Origin: Oopsacas minuta
Lineage: Eukaryota; Animalia; Porifera
NCBI GenBank assembly: GCA_024704765.1
Contig: JAKMXF010000099.1
Coordinates: 382,432 to 446,431, forward strand
Direction: 5' to 3'
Length of the DNA stretch: 64,000 nucleotides
Part shown: piece by piece, positions 48,730 to 60,960 of the stretch
How the letters are laid out: every line of letters begins with the position of its first letter
Position numbering within the stretch: position 1 is the stretch's first letter
The notes under the pieces: model-generated
The model's input: the letters and a program-made list of their open reading frames with translations, nothing else
Databases searched by the model: none
Told to the model about the DNA's origin: nothing
Made by a program: the position numbers and the translations under genes

Positions 48730-50597
48730 AAACGCCCATATGAATTGTCAGTGATGAGTTCCTGGGATACTTCATTACTTAGGTAACACCTATCAGGTCG
48801 AAACAATTTCTCAGCTCTACTCAAATGTCTCTCCACTGGAGTTTAAGAAGCTGGAAGAGATTAATATCGCTGTGCTATCTTGGGTAAAGTTTGTATGTAT
48901 TCACATCCTTTTGGTTTCCAAAATACCGGGCATCAGCTTCTTCTTGTAAACGAATCTCTGGTATGTACAAGTTTATTCTGCTCCTAAGCTTTCATGAGTG
49001 ATTGAGAAGGAAAACTGGTCATAAAACTCAGTAACTCCACTTCTTTGATCGCGTTTTTAGGAGGAGAGCTTTCAATTGGCGACTATAAATTACTGATATC
49101 TTCTGTTTTATGTCATGTCGGATGCATACTTCTTAAATCTGGATTCAATTCTATCTGACTCACTTTCAGTACTCAATCTGTTTGAATCTTAGATCAAGAA
49201 TTGCTGCAAAAATACTGCTCACGTGCTCGTAGATTCCCATTCTTTCATCAAGGGATTTTCCAGTGATTCAACATGTTAGACTTATTAAGGCTCTCAATGT
49301 TTCTAGAAATCTCGAATTCCCCGAATGCATGGATTGAATTCTGTCGTTGTGTGAATTCTATACCTTCTTCAAATGGTGTTAGTAATTCTACCAGATCTGA
49401 GAGTAGGCAACGCTCATAGACGCTTAGATTTGATAAACCAACATTTCTAGTTTTGCTTCTACAATATTTAATGAGGGTCACTGTTCCACCCGTCACAACG
49501 TTCGCTTCTTGCTTTCTTCTAAGATATTTTTGGCCTGTATTGACTTATAAACATAAGATATAATATTCGTTGCCTTTCTAATTATTTTCTTCGCTGTCCC
49601 TGCTTCTTTAAACCATATTTTGCTACCAGTTGAAGTGTGTGGATAAAACAGGGTTCGTGCTCTGAGATGTAGGTTATACAATTATTTAGACCGATTGGGT
49701 GAATGCTATTATTATCATTACCCTCCTCACAAGAAACTGAGCTCGAATCATCTCTCGCTATTGAATCAGAGCCAGGTATAATGAATGCCTTGACCATGTT
49801 GGAAGCGTTATTAATGATTATGTTTGTTATTTTACCCTGAATTTTATATACTAAAATTATCTCTTCACATAGTTCGGTAATATTTTCTGCATTTTGTTGC
49901 CCTCGAAATCGTTTACTTCCCAAAGTCACCTAACGCAAAGACCAGTCTAATATAAAATGGCAGGTTATTCCGACGAACCTCCGCATTTGTTGACTGAACC
50001 ATCTATCAATTGGTATGGAAACAGTATCATCCGCATCTATCAGATCCTTTATCTTATTTCAATGATTTGAACTTTCTCTGTTGGTATTTCATTAGAGGGA
50101 CGTTTCGTAATGGAATAATATATCGTTTATCAAGTAGGTTTGCTAACATTTAAATGAATGACTCTCAACAAGTGATATCAGTAGCATCTAACGGGAGTGG
50201 GTCAAGTTGACTATACTTCTTTACCTCAAAGTTATTAGTATTTTGTTCAGTGGATCGTCCTAATAATGTAGAAGCAATATTTGTTTGTATCTCAAGAAAC
50301 TGTCCTTTGTGTTATCTCTATATACAATGAGTAAATTATACTTACTGGAGTATGTTATCCTTGTAGGAAGTTTTGAAGTTGTGAATACTATTCAACGTTC
50401 AATTTATTTTTCTTAGCTTTCTAATCTTTCTAATTCTTCTCTATATCATCTAGGCAGTCAGGATTTGAAGTAATAGTAAAGTAATATAAATTACCTATGT
50501 TACTATAACATCAATTTTATGTCCTAATACTATTACTTTTCAAATTGTAATCATACTATTACAATTACAATTGGACATTACTATTACTCCAGGCCTG
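48730..50597 (-). mobile_element. hAT (Ac/ZBED-like) transposon remnant
   Basis: IINNASNMVKAF, PCFIHTLQL, ELLTPFEE, LDLRF motifs; terminus CAGGCCTGGAGTAAT at 50597 with subterminal GTAATT repeats. Confidence 0.75.
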
Positions 50598-50619
50598 ATC
50601 TGGACCCAAAATAAGATAT

Positions 50620-53100
50620 CTTTGGCTCGCACCTCATTTTAGGTTTATGACCTGGATTCCTGGAGAAATGTCCAAGGTCTCTTCCAAAGATACCTTGAAG
50701 AAGCGATGAAAGTGGGAATGACAGCTAAAGTCGTTTGTACATTTATGGTATCCTAAGTACCCGGTGATGGACAAACCGAACACAACGAATGGGTCAAGCT
50801 TAAGGGCGAAGATCTGACTGCAGAAGGTGCCCTTCAATTCAGCGCTTTTGCTCAGAAAGACTTTAGTTGGTAAGGGCATATCTATCGATCGGGGATGTCG
50901 CAAATAGATTGTTGGCCAATAGGACAATGGCTCAAAGGATGAAACCGTCAATTGTGAAGACGTAGGCTCTTGATATTGAAATATTATCTACTACATAGAA
51001 GAAATCCAAATTGTAGAATTATTTGGTCCCATATTACTCATAATCCCAATTTATTGATTAAAGTTTCAGTAGTTTAACACTCTATTTAAGCTATATCCAT
51101 AATATACTTTTGGAAAATATGGGAAAAACAAGAATTTTTTGCATAATTTATCTCAGATATCAAGAAGTATGAATTATTCCAATTATTTGAATAGTATAAT
51201 TCATTAATTCATTAATTATTCAACTTAGCAATCACTTAACCATATTGTACCCCAACCTATATTCCTCAACCTGTGGCCATTGGGATCATACGCTTTTCTC
51301 TGCCTCGTAAATCTCGTTCCATGGACTGGGATAGGAAACCCAAGGACAGTCAAAAACAGAGGGTATTGCAACTGTCGCCCGACAAAAAAGCAGTGACAGT
51401 ACTGGTTTAAAATTGGTCCCACAATATAGCTGCAATATTGGACACTGGTACGAAGCCTAGCCTAGTTGACTACGAAACAGCATACTGTTAGACCTCGCTG
51501 ACCGAATGGTATCCATCTCGAGTAGGGTATCTGTCCTTTGCCAACAAACATTAAAGTTCCTGGTAGATGTCGATATTTCCATTCATATTGCTGGTTTCAA
51601 CTCCATGACAGAAAGCCTGCGAATTCTATGTAAGTCCCGTGGTCCTTGGATGTAGTTCTAGTTATAAAAGGAGATGCGACCCTTTGCTTTGCGTTGAACT
51701 ATAGGCAGTTCAACGCCGTCACCAAGGGAGACAATTATAGCCTCCCAGATCCACGGTGCGTATTTGGCATGTTAGCAGGGAACAATTAATTCTTCAAACT
51801 AGATATTGCATCAGCTTACTGGACTATTCCGATCAGCCCCGAGGACGTTAATAAGACTACCTTTCACCCCAAAGGGCATGTATGAAATATTTGCTGTGCC
51901 CTTTGGGCTGTGTAATACTCTGACTACTTTCCACAGGGTTATTGAGTGTATGCTGAAAGAGGGCCCCAAAGCCGACGATATTCTAATCTTTTCAGATACA
52001 TTTGAGGATCATCGAAAGTACCTATTGGTAGTTTCAGATTGTCTAAACGCGGAAGTCCTTGAATTTCTAACGGAAAGGTTCTTGTTCGGGTTTCAGTCCG
52101 TCGAGTTCTTGAGTCACCTTGTATCCAGCTCAGGTAGGGCTCCAGTCTGATGTTATGTATGCAAGTTGCAGACTTGGAGGCCTTTCCTCAACCTGGAACG
52201 GTCACAGAATTACATTGTTTCTTGGGTCTCATAATTATTTCGATGTTGCATTTTGGACATGTCTAATCGTACAGAACCATTTTACAACTTTTCCCGAAGG
52301 CGAAATCTTGGTACTGGGATGGACAATGTCACAATACATCCACACATCTACGGGTCATAGCTAGTACAAAGTACCCTGGCACATACGGAACGGGAAGCTG
52401 AACTCTACCTCTGGGCGGTTCCTAGTTTGAAGCGATTCGCGGCAGTGTTGTCACAGTTAGATTTAAGAACTCGAAAGTTGCGACCAATTCATGGGCGTAG
52501 CTAGGATTGAGGCACAGGAGACAATGACCTCCTCTCTATTCGTAGCCTCCCATTTCTATTGTAATCCCCACTTAATTGAGACAAGTATTAATCCTTGCCT
52601 CCTCTCTCTAGGATTACGTACTAGTTACGCCTCAGCAATTCAATTCTTCTCCTCATCCTGAGCCCAACTCATAAGATTTACCCCTCTGGTCATTTGGATG
52701 CTTGGGCACTCATCGCAGCGACGAAAATATGGATAGTGTATCTGAAAGGAGCGTCAAGCATTGTCCTAATGACTGATTATTGCCCTCTTAAATAGTACAC
52801 TAATCACGCTTTCACACGTTGGATAATGGAGCAGTAGGAACTGCCGTTTAGGATTGTCTACAAATCAGGGAAGAGAACTAGGTCGGCGATTGTCTGAATA
52901 CCCCTTGCTTTGGCCCAGTGAGATCTTTTTTCTCGCTCATTGCAAGACACGCTCTCACAACTTGACCATAAGCAGCGAGAAATTTACCAACACAATCTGC
53001 CCTCGTCGTCTAACGAGTAGCTGAAAGTGTGCCCAATAAGAACATATCCTTAGTAAAAAAGATTTCTGCTTCATCAAAAATATGCCTCAATTCCTCTTCT
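50620..53100 (+). mobile_element. Gypsy LTR retrotransposon gag-pol remnant
   Basis: Protease AAILDTG (~51430); RT LNYRQFNAVT, KLDIASAYW, PFGLCN, ADDILIFS; RNase H MTDYCPLK..RW..YKSG; many stops and frameshifts. Confidence 0.82.
52490..52635. mobile_element. ~146-bp MITE with 5-bp TSD, inserted in Gypsy pol
   Basis: Ends catgggcgtagctag / ctgaggcgtaactag; CAATT on both flanks; same family as 60817-60960. Confidence 0.75.
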
Positions 53101-53452
53101 AATGGATCCCAAACACAACCCAATATAACCATCTTTCGTGATGCAGAGCCTATAGATACTATAGCAACTCAGTTTGGATATCTATTTATGGAATACCCGA
53201 TTTAAAAACGTCCTTCACTAAAATAGTCTCGTTATTCGCTCGCTATCTTAAGGACAAGATATTATCACCACATTCATTCCTATCCGAGCAGCAATACCAG
53301 TATGCTAACCTGCCATTGTGTTGCTACAATCACACCCTTGTGTCCTTGTATTATCTTTATGCAATCCTACTCGATTTAGTAATACGGCCATGCATGAAAC
53401 AAATCTTGCTGCCGCAGACAGTTAAACATTGTTATTTATGTCAGCAGTCTTA

Positions 53453-54785
53453 CAGGTGTTTCACAATTGATATCGTGTTATACAATATTACATAACTGAT
53501 AGAATACTAGATATATTACTACAATTATTTGCCAATATATCCACCACTAAGTTCAATGCACTTATGGATTCGTTTTGGCATTCCATCCATCAATTTGTCC
53601 AAAACCTCTGGTGAAATATTGGACCATGCTGTTTTCAGTCGATTTTCCAACATTTTTATGTCTTTTATCTCACCTATTGAATCTAGATCATCTTTCAAAA
53701 TCGACCATATGTTCTCAATGGGACTCAAGTCTGGAGAGTTGGCTGGCCAGGTACCTTTCGCCCAAAAACTCTTTAGGTTACTTCTCAACCAATTTTGTGT
53801 CATGTTTGCCGTGTGAGCTGGAGCGCCATCTTGTTGAAATATCGCACGGGACATATTTTTAACATTTTCCTCTCAACAACTGTGCCTCTTTCTCGCTTTC
53901 TGTTCATTGTAGACATTAAAGTTTTACCCAGTATCTCACTAACATAGTACTCTGCAGATACAGTTTGTCCAACGGGAATGAAATGTAACTCCGACAGTGC
54001 ACGATGTGACATCATACCCCATACTTGAATTTTCTTTGGAAATTTCACCATCTGAACGGGCTCGACATCCAATGCGTTTCTCGCCCAAACACAATCATTT
54101 TTCCTGTTTGGGGGATGATTTAACTCAAACGGTGATTCATCTGTAAATAATATGTTTTTCCAATCATTTGCTGTCCAATTGACACGTTCTTTACAAAATT
54201 TTAACCTAGCAGCCATGTTTTTCTCTGTTATTACCGGCTGTCGCTGGCGTTTGTAAGATTTTACACCCTTTTCTTTTGTCAAATAACGGTACACTGTACT
54301 CTGAGATACGGAATGACCTTTCAACTTTAATTTCTTGGATAGACCACGTACAGACTGTCGTTTTTGCCAATTGATTTAGTAATTACAATCTTGGCAACTT
54401 TCGATATGGACGATTTACGGCCACGTCCCCCTTTGTTTTCTAATGTCAAATCATTCTTGAAAAGTCGCCACCAACGCTGAACTGTACGGATATTAACTCC
54501 AAGTTTAAGAGACACAAACTTCTGAGAAGAGCCAGCTTGTAGCATGCCAACAGCCTGTGAGCGAATCATGATACTGTATTCTTTCACCATTATATTATGC
54601 AAATAATTAGCCCAATTTGGATATGGAAATAGGAGCTATAAAATGTTTCGATTGATGAATGAAATAATTACTCAATAGAACCCTGTAAGATTAATTATGA
54701 TTGCAAGTTTAAATACACAGATATTATTGCATGGGTGCATAATAAACAAATTTAGAAAATACGACATCAATTGTGAAACACCCTG
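53453..54785 (-). mobile_element. Tc1-like element (DD34E), frameshifted, 1333 bp
   Basis: TIRs cagg(g)tgtttcacaattgat(a/g)tcgt; TA TSD 53451-52 and 54786-87; FTDES, VWGMMS, QQDGAPAH, WPANSPDLSPIENIW across ORFs 54327-54602, 53800-54324, 53525-53854. Confidence 0.93.
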
Positions 54786-54849
54786 TATTTAGTAAGAAGG
54801 CATATAATTTATTCTTGTAACTTCCGAATATTCCAAAGGAGAGTTCCTG

Positions 54850-55260
54850 GCTAAACAGATAGATTATCCCATTTTGGACTTTTGGAGACGATTAATGCTC
54901 ACGAACCAGTAGCCCACGTAGGTTTGATTGATGTTTTCCAGTATGTTGAGCAAGGCCCCAAAGTTTCCACGAAGTTTTGTGTCAAATGATATTTCATCTT
55001 TTTACAAACGTGCCATTGTATGCGATACCTGGATTAGGAAAGTATTTACCACATCGAACAACCTCCACAAATCATCAAACTTTAGTTCCTTAGTCGTCGA
55101 GTTATTTGGATTGAGTAGTTCCATCACGTTATGTACACATCTTTGCCAACCAACTGATCCAAGAAGAAATAGCTTTTTTCATCATTCCACTATTGAATCC
55201 CTAATTCGTTCCAGTTGAATGTTTCCTAATCCAAGGCATATTTATGGATGATTTGTAATG
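54850..55260 (-). pseudogene. Possible Gypsy gag remnant
   Basis: WNDEKKLFLLGSVG..ELLNPNNSTTKELKFDDLWRLF resembles retrotransposon gag N-termini. Confidence 0.35.
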
Positions 55261-55849
55261 CATGCACTTTGCAACAGCTTTGATACAGGGTGTGCAGTGA
55301 CGATAATCTTCCTCATTATCATATTCAACCCACCCAAAGTTATTCTATGATTCTTTGAAGCTACATTTATGCATTCTCATTTGTTTATTGGAACCATCAA
55401 GTTTGGTTCCTTTCACTTCAGCGGCGTACTTTGCGAAGATATGCTAAATCAAATCAAAGTATATTATTTTTATTATTCAATATATATATTCATATCAGGG
55501 TTTCATACAGGATTCTTTGCTGGGGCGGAAACGATTGATCACACCCTATAAATAACACATTCCCATGTAAATTAGGTTTGATCTGGTCACCTAATCTTGG
55601 TCAAAACTCCTCAGTATGGTAACCTTTCCATCAACGAGATGGTGAATGCGACTAGCCGTGTTTACCCACACTTGCTAACATTCCGACGCGAGCCTCCCTA
55701 TCCCATCGATCCAGGGTATTAATATCTTGGGGAATGCCAGAAAAAGTTACATGTGGAATATGTGGAGGCCCTGAAGAGGACACAGGTGGAGATAAACTAG
55801 ATAGCAAATCTAATATAGGAATGAATCTCTCGAGAACTCGATTCAAGGC

Positions 55850-56475
55850 CAATCAGGGAAAAATGAAGCTGAAATTGACTATGGAGATAAAGCAATGCTA
55901 AAATGGAACGGAAGTGGTGATTCATTGACAGAGACGTTTCTTAGGCCAGTTGAGGTATTAGAAAAAGAAGGGCCCAATGTTAAATTACTCTTATTTCGTG
56001 AAACACATGGTACATCTAGACAACGTTAAGAAGTATTTGTATAGCTAACCATCCTTAGTAGAGGCAAAGGAACCTACAGGATGGCTCAGATGGAAACGAG
56101 GACTTCGTTACACCAGCTGTCTCAAAAGAATGGTATCTATTAATAGAAGAACTTGGGAGCCGAATACTCTACGAGGATATAGAGAGGATATAAACTGTCT
56201 CTCCTCGTTACCAACAGAGTAACCTGAAGCAGCCTAAATACCTCCAGGAATACTTCACACGCATATAGTTGGAGAAAAACGAAAGAAGGAGCTCTCCCTG
56301 AGCTTGATCTCAAACGGGAGGTGTTATGAACCTGTTAATTATATTAAGCCCTGTATTAGCACAGTCTTCATTAGTCCTATCATTAACTATAGTCATTTAG
56401 GTTTACTAAGCTGTTTGTTATTTCTTAGATTAATTCTATCTATAACTATTAAACCGCAATTTATCTATGTAAACA
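55850..56475 (+). mobile_element. Gypsy integrase tail, PPT and start of 3' LTR
   Basis: Decayed FLGPVEVLEKEGPNVKL / VHLDNVKKY; purine tract aaacgggagg (56312-56321) directly before TGTTATG (56322). Confidence 0.6.
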
Positions 56476-56640
56476 CAGTACAACCTCGTTAATACGTACA
56501 CCAAGTGACCATCGAGATTTGTAATCCTTATCCGGAGTACTTGTTAACTGGAGTAAAATAATTGAATACCCACTGTACGAACTAAATTGTGTAAAATTCT
56601 GTTCGTCTTGACCGAAAATTCGTATTAACGAGTTTCACTG
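56476..56640. mobile_element. pogo/Tigger-like MITE (165 bp)
   Basis: TIRs cagtacaacctcgttaatacg / cagtgaaactcgttaatacg; right flank TA, left flank CA. Confidence 0.7.
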
Positions 56641-56646
56641 TATGTG

Positions 56647-57274
56647 CAGTGGAGTATCCAGGATTATGGTGAGGGGGTATTCTGGAGCGAGCCATGCGAG
56701 CGACGCTCGTGGGGGTATGGGGAAAACCCCCGAAAATTTTTTGAATCTTAGATGCTCAAACATCGATGTACAGCTATTCTTGTCACATAGTAGGAGGAGA
56801 GTATTATTGTGCAGTTGTACCAAAGTTTTTAGATGTTTATGTTTAGATTTTGTTAAGTTATTTTATTAATACAATTTAGTGAACTTATAATTAGTCTCCT
56901 TATATATTAGTCATCAGGAGTTTTCTGGGATATCGTCCGGAAAACTCGTCAATAACTTCAGAAATATCGACAGGAATGTCATAGTGTATGAGCATGAGAG
57001 CTAATCCAGTGAGGCGATTCGTCCCCATCGATGATCGTAAGAAAGTTATATTTATTTCAAAGAACTAAAAGATCTCTCTCCCGTACAGCTGGTAACGGGC
57101 AATGTGCAAATAATACAGAATAACGTTCGAATGTTGGGAAACATAGTGCTAGCATGTCGAAGGGCATGACTTAAAGTTCTTGGTAGATAAGCTTCATAGA
57201 CAACATATCTCTTTAGGAAACCAGGTATGAGGGGGGAATCTGAACACCCAAATCCCCCCCTGGGTACACCACTG
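56647..57274. mobile_element. Non-autonomous hAT-like element with 5-bp TSD (628 bp)
   Basis: TIRs cagtggagtatccagg / cagtggtgtacccagg; ATGTG on both flanks (56642-46, 57275-79), not extendable to 8 bp. Confidence 0.85.
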
Positions 57275-57349
57275 ATGTGTTATGTATTTCTTTGTTTGCA
57301 TGCCCAGAATTGATTGAAGAAACTGGAAGCCCCCATGGATGATTTTAGC

Positions 57350-57895
57350 ATGGAGGGGAATTTTGGGCCTGGCGCGGCCAATTTCGCGTCTTGATGAAAT
57401 TATGACGTCATTTTACCTTTTGTGTATTTCCAAAAATCACATTTGCTACTGCTCGGCCAATATACTTGATAGAAGTTTAAAATTGAACCACAGATACCCC
57501 TCAATGTGACAAATGTCCTGGTATCATGTTTTTCGTTAATTGCTATCTTATAATTGGATTATAACGTCATCATGACTGCACAAAATCAAAATTTTACACA
57601 TTTCGATATTTTTGAGAAATTCATGATACTCGAGGCACGAAATGCCTGGGTTACTAACCCAAACTGACAGCATCTCCAGAGTCACCTCAGAAGGCCATTC
57701 AATTTCATTTGGATAGACCATGGATCATAAAATCTCAACAATTAACTATTATGTGATTTCGAGGCAAGTAGTGCTGAGTATATTCCGTCACGTAGAGCGA
57801 CCAATGACACTATAAATTTAGCTGGTTGATACTTAAGCTAACCTGGAACACTAAACTGTAGCAAAGAGACCTAGCAATCAAATGGCGCTAGTATC
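57350..57895. repeat. Dispersed repeat, copy of 11040-11610
   Basis: Colinear similarity over ~500 bp. Confidence 0.65.
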
Positions 57896-58591
57896 TTGTT
57901 AAATTGATTGGATCCTAGCAGTTAGAACGTACATCCTTGACATATTTTACAATTCGACATATTTTACAATTCGACTTATTTTACGAACAGACCTCTTGAC
58001 AACACAAGATTCGGAACTCGAGCTTCTCGTTTCATAATACGATAAATGCATTTGTAAAGTTTCATTCAGAGGATTGTTGGGTAAAGAGCCAAGAAATTGA
58101 GGAATAAGTAGCCAACATTTGGTATTTTATTGAGGATTATGTGTATATACATACTTTTATGTACCATGTCATTAAATTACACTAGCTAGGCCACTGAATG
58201 TTAGAAACACAGAGTGCATATGCAAATAGTGCAATGTAGATGATCTTTGCTTAGTCTAGCATAAATATTTTATTATCAAATTTTATTTTCATATTTTTCA
58301 TAAATGAACCAATTCACCCACTGATAGGTCACAAAATAATCAAATAATGATAGTGAGCCGGCCGCTCGCAATGGATGCTCAGGAGGATCTCATGTGTAGC
58401 TTAAACAAGTTTCTCATTATCACTGGCCTTATATTCATAATTTTCTTTCAATTTCCATAAATTTCTCAATTTATTCAATGTCTAATTCTCACAGTTAACC
58501 CTCTTCCATATTTATGCGAAACGGCCGTATCTAAAACACTTTCTGCTAGTTCGCAGGAAACAAGGTGAAACTTAATAGATAAATGGACTCT

Positions 58592-58828
58592 TTAAGAACA
58601 CGCACATGACCTTACAGCTCTACAATCGATTTTCCATCTCACAGGTGACGTTTTCATTGGATGGAAAATATATATGCTCCCATAGCCATCTACGATAAGG
58701 CTGATTTTATTCTTACTTGGACTTGTATTTCTATAATACCTGATAAAAAACTTAGGCAGACAGAAAGATACAATACTGCTTCCACTTCTACTAATGGAGA
58801 AATGTAATTCATTCCTGACTGGTTCCAA
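58592..58828 (-). CDS. Unidentified beta-rich ORF, possible exon or pseudo-exon
   Basis: 78-aa ORF (..LIVDGYGSIYIFHP..RWKID) downstream of the NUDCD1-like sequence; identity unresolved. Confidence 0.2.
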   Translation of the reverse strand: MEPVRNELHFSISRSGSSIVSFCLPKFFIRYYRNTSPSKNKISLIVDGYGSIYIFHPMKTSPVRWKIDCRAVRSCACS

Positions 58829-59399
58829 ATTTATGGATAGCTTAGTAGTCTATTACGAAAGAGGCAGAATAACGTTTGCATGCTCCCATTTTCTTCAACA
58901 ATGAGTAGAACCAATTCTAAAGATTCCTCTACGAAACATGTTTACAAGATTGGAAACTTGCATTAGGAGAGGATAGAATTATCACTTGTCATGCTGCTAC
59001 TAAATCCCAATTCGAAGCTATGCCATGCTGGGCCGATCGACAAAAATATTGAACAGTCGGGTAACTCAACTGAATCCTCTTGAATCCACAAGAATCAAAA
59101 GAATTAACATTGATAATGATTTCCTGAAATGTTTGCTGAAGTTCTCTTGTAATTTAATTGAATGGACATTTATCCTCGAGATCATGATGAATCAAATATT
59201 TGACTTTTAATGTACAGAATGAAATATGAATACTATAGGGAATCTGGCTTGACATGTTATTTGTTCTGAAATCCGTAAATCACTGAGTCCGTTACTGATA
59301 TATATTGTTTCTCAAGCATACCAAGGTGCTTCTGCATGATATGAACTCTTAGTGGTTTTAAAATGTAGATTTGATAATATATTCAAAATATAAATAGAC

Positions 59400-60812
59400 T
59401 AGACTCACCAAGTGTTTCCTAGGTGTTTTCATTACATTTATATGCCTGTGACTCCTAAAATAGCCTAATTAATATATTTCATTTGCTTGTATTGAAGGGG
59501 GTGCTGCATTGGTCAGAATTTGTTATAATTTGGAATTTTGAAACTGGCATTAGTCAGAATGTGTTTGTATCGATTTTTTGGATAATTAGTTTATTTAACC
59601 TGTTAATTTCAGGATTTCCATGGTTGATCATTTTATTGAGATGGCGTTTTGCAAATATAAACGAAAATGCCATTAAGAAGCTGTCATATAAGATACACCC
59701 TGGATCCATATTTGGAAATATTACAATGATATAATAGATGATGTAGCATACTGAAGAATGAGTTGCTCTATCTTTCATTGTAAGCCATTCTCTGAGACTT
59801 GCGATTCCCTTGACTATTCGCGTATTCTGTTAAGCATTGATACAAAACTATAATTCTTGACCATGCAATCTACATATTACCCATCGTGTGATTACTTGAG
59901 ATTGTAGTCTTTTCTGCTCCTGTACTCAGTTAGAATCCTGTATAGAGAGGAACCTATTCGTTGCTTTGGGAGAGTGCTTTTAATGAGTTATCACCTTCCT
60001 AACCAACTTAGAAAAATATTTCATAAATGAATTCTGAGTTTGACTCTTTTTTGTGACGACTGCAATGAAATTAACCCGACGCAGTCTTAACACACAATGA
60101 AAATGTATGAGCGACACATTTATTAACTGTGAGGTTACCAAAGTGAAATGCTTTTTTAATATTAATGGCTCTATCTGCAACTGCACTAACAATTACCAAT
60201 CCATGCCCTAAATTATGAGATCCATGAATGGCATTTACACTAAGCACAAAGGATCAAAGTTACCCCTGCTCCATAAAATGAACGTGAATAATTCCAAATG
60301 GTTCGTTGGTAATCTCACAAGTCCACAAATCTTCTGAAACATGCAAAAAATGATGGTGGTGATATAAATCTGATGCTAAAGCATCAGATTTTATTACCAT
60401 CATCATTTTTTTGTGTAATGAAATTTGTTGTACTAATACTATCATAGCATATGTCAAGTAACTTGCTCGATAGATCATGGGAGGGTGGCGCGTGTGCGCC
60501 ACGTGTTAGTATATGGAGAAGTGAATTGAATCCAATTGGTCCATTTATTTTAGTTTGATTAAATGGATTATTACTAGTGCGATAGTTGTAAGTCATAGGC
60601 AAAGGTCGTCCATAATTCGCCAGATAGAGAAAGAGGGTCACATGAGCAATGGAGTATTTTTCACATTTCCAAGGTGGCGACAGGTTGTCAGTAATGAGAG
60701 GTTTTTGAAGAATCTTCTTCAGTAATATTAATTTTTGCCCTTTAACCTTTAGGTCTTTTTTTAAACCTATGAATAAATGCTGATATATCATTTGCACAGT
60801 TTCATTTTGCAT
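59400..60812 (-). pseudogene. NUDCD1 (CML66)-like sequence, disrupted
   Basis: Colinear matches to recalled NUDCD1 motifs with similar spacing: GQKL (GYKL), YSIAHVTLF (YTLEHMHAF), W..EPFGIIH (W..DPFIIIH), LQIE..NVSL (LRIE..YVSL), ATH..PNMDPGCILYD (TTH..PKEMPCFCLRHD). Frameshift near 60384 and an in-frame TAA at 59980-82. Confidence 0.45.
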
Positions 60813-60816
60813 TAAT

Positions 60817-60960
60817 CCAGGGCGGAACTAGCATTGAGGCATAGGAGGCAGTTGCCTCCTAGCTTTTCGGGCGTTTCCTCATCTACCTATTGTAATCGCC
60901 ATTATTTAGGCAAATATCCATCCTTCCCTCCTCACTCTGGGATATCTAGTTACGCCCCAG
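60817..60960. mobile_element. ~144-bp MITE, family of 52490-52635
   Basis: Ends ccagggcggaactag / ctggggcgtaactag; flanks taatc / taatt; shared body gcattgaggca..ctattgtaatc. Confidence 0.7.
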
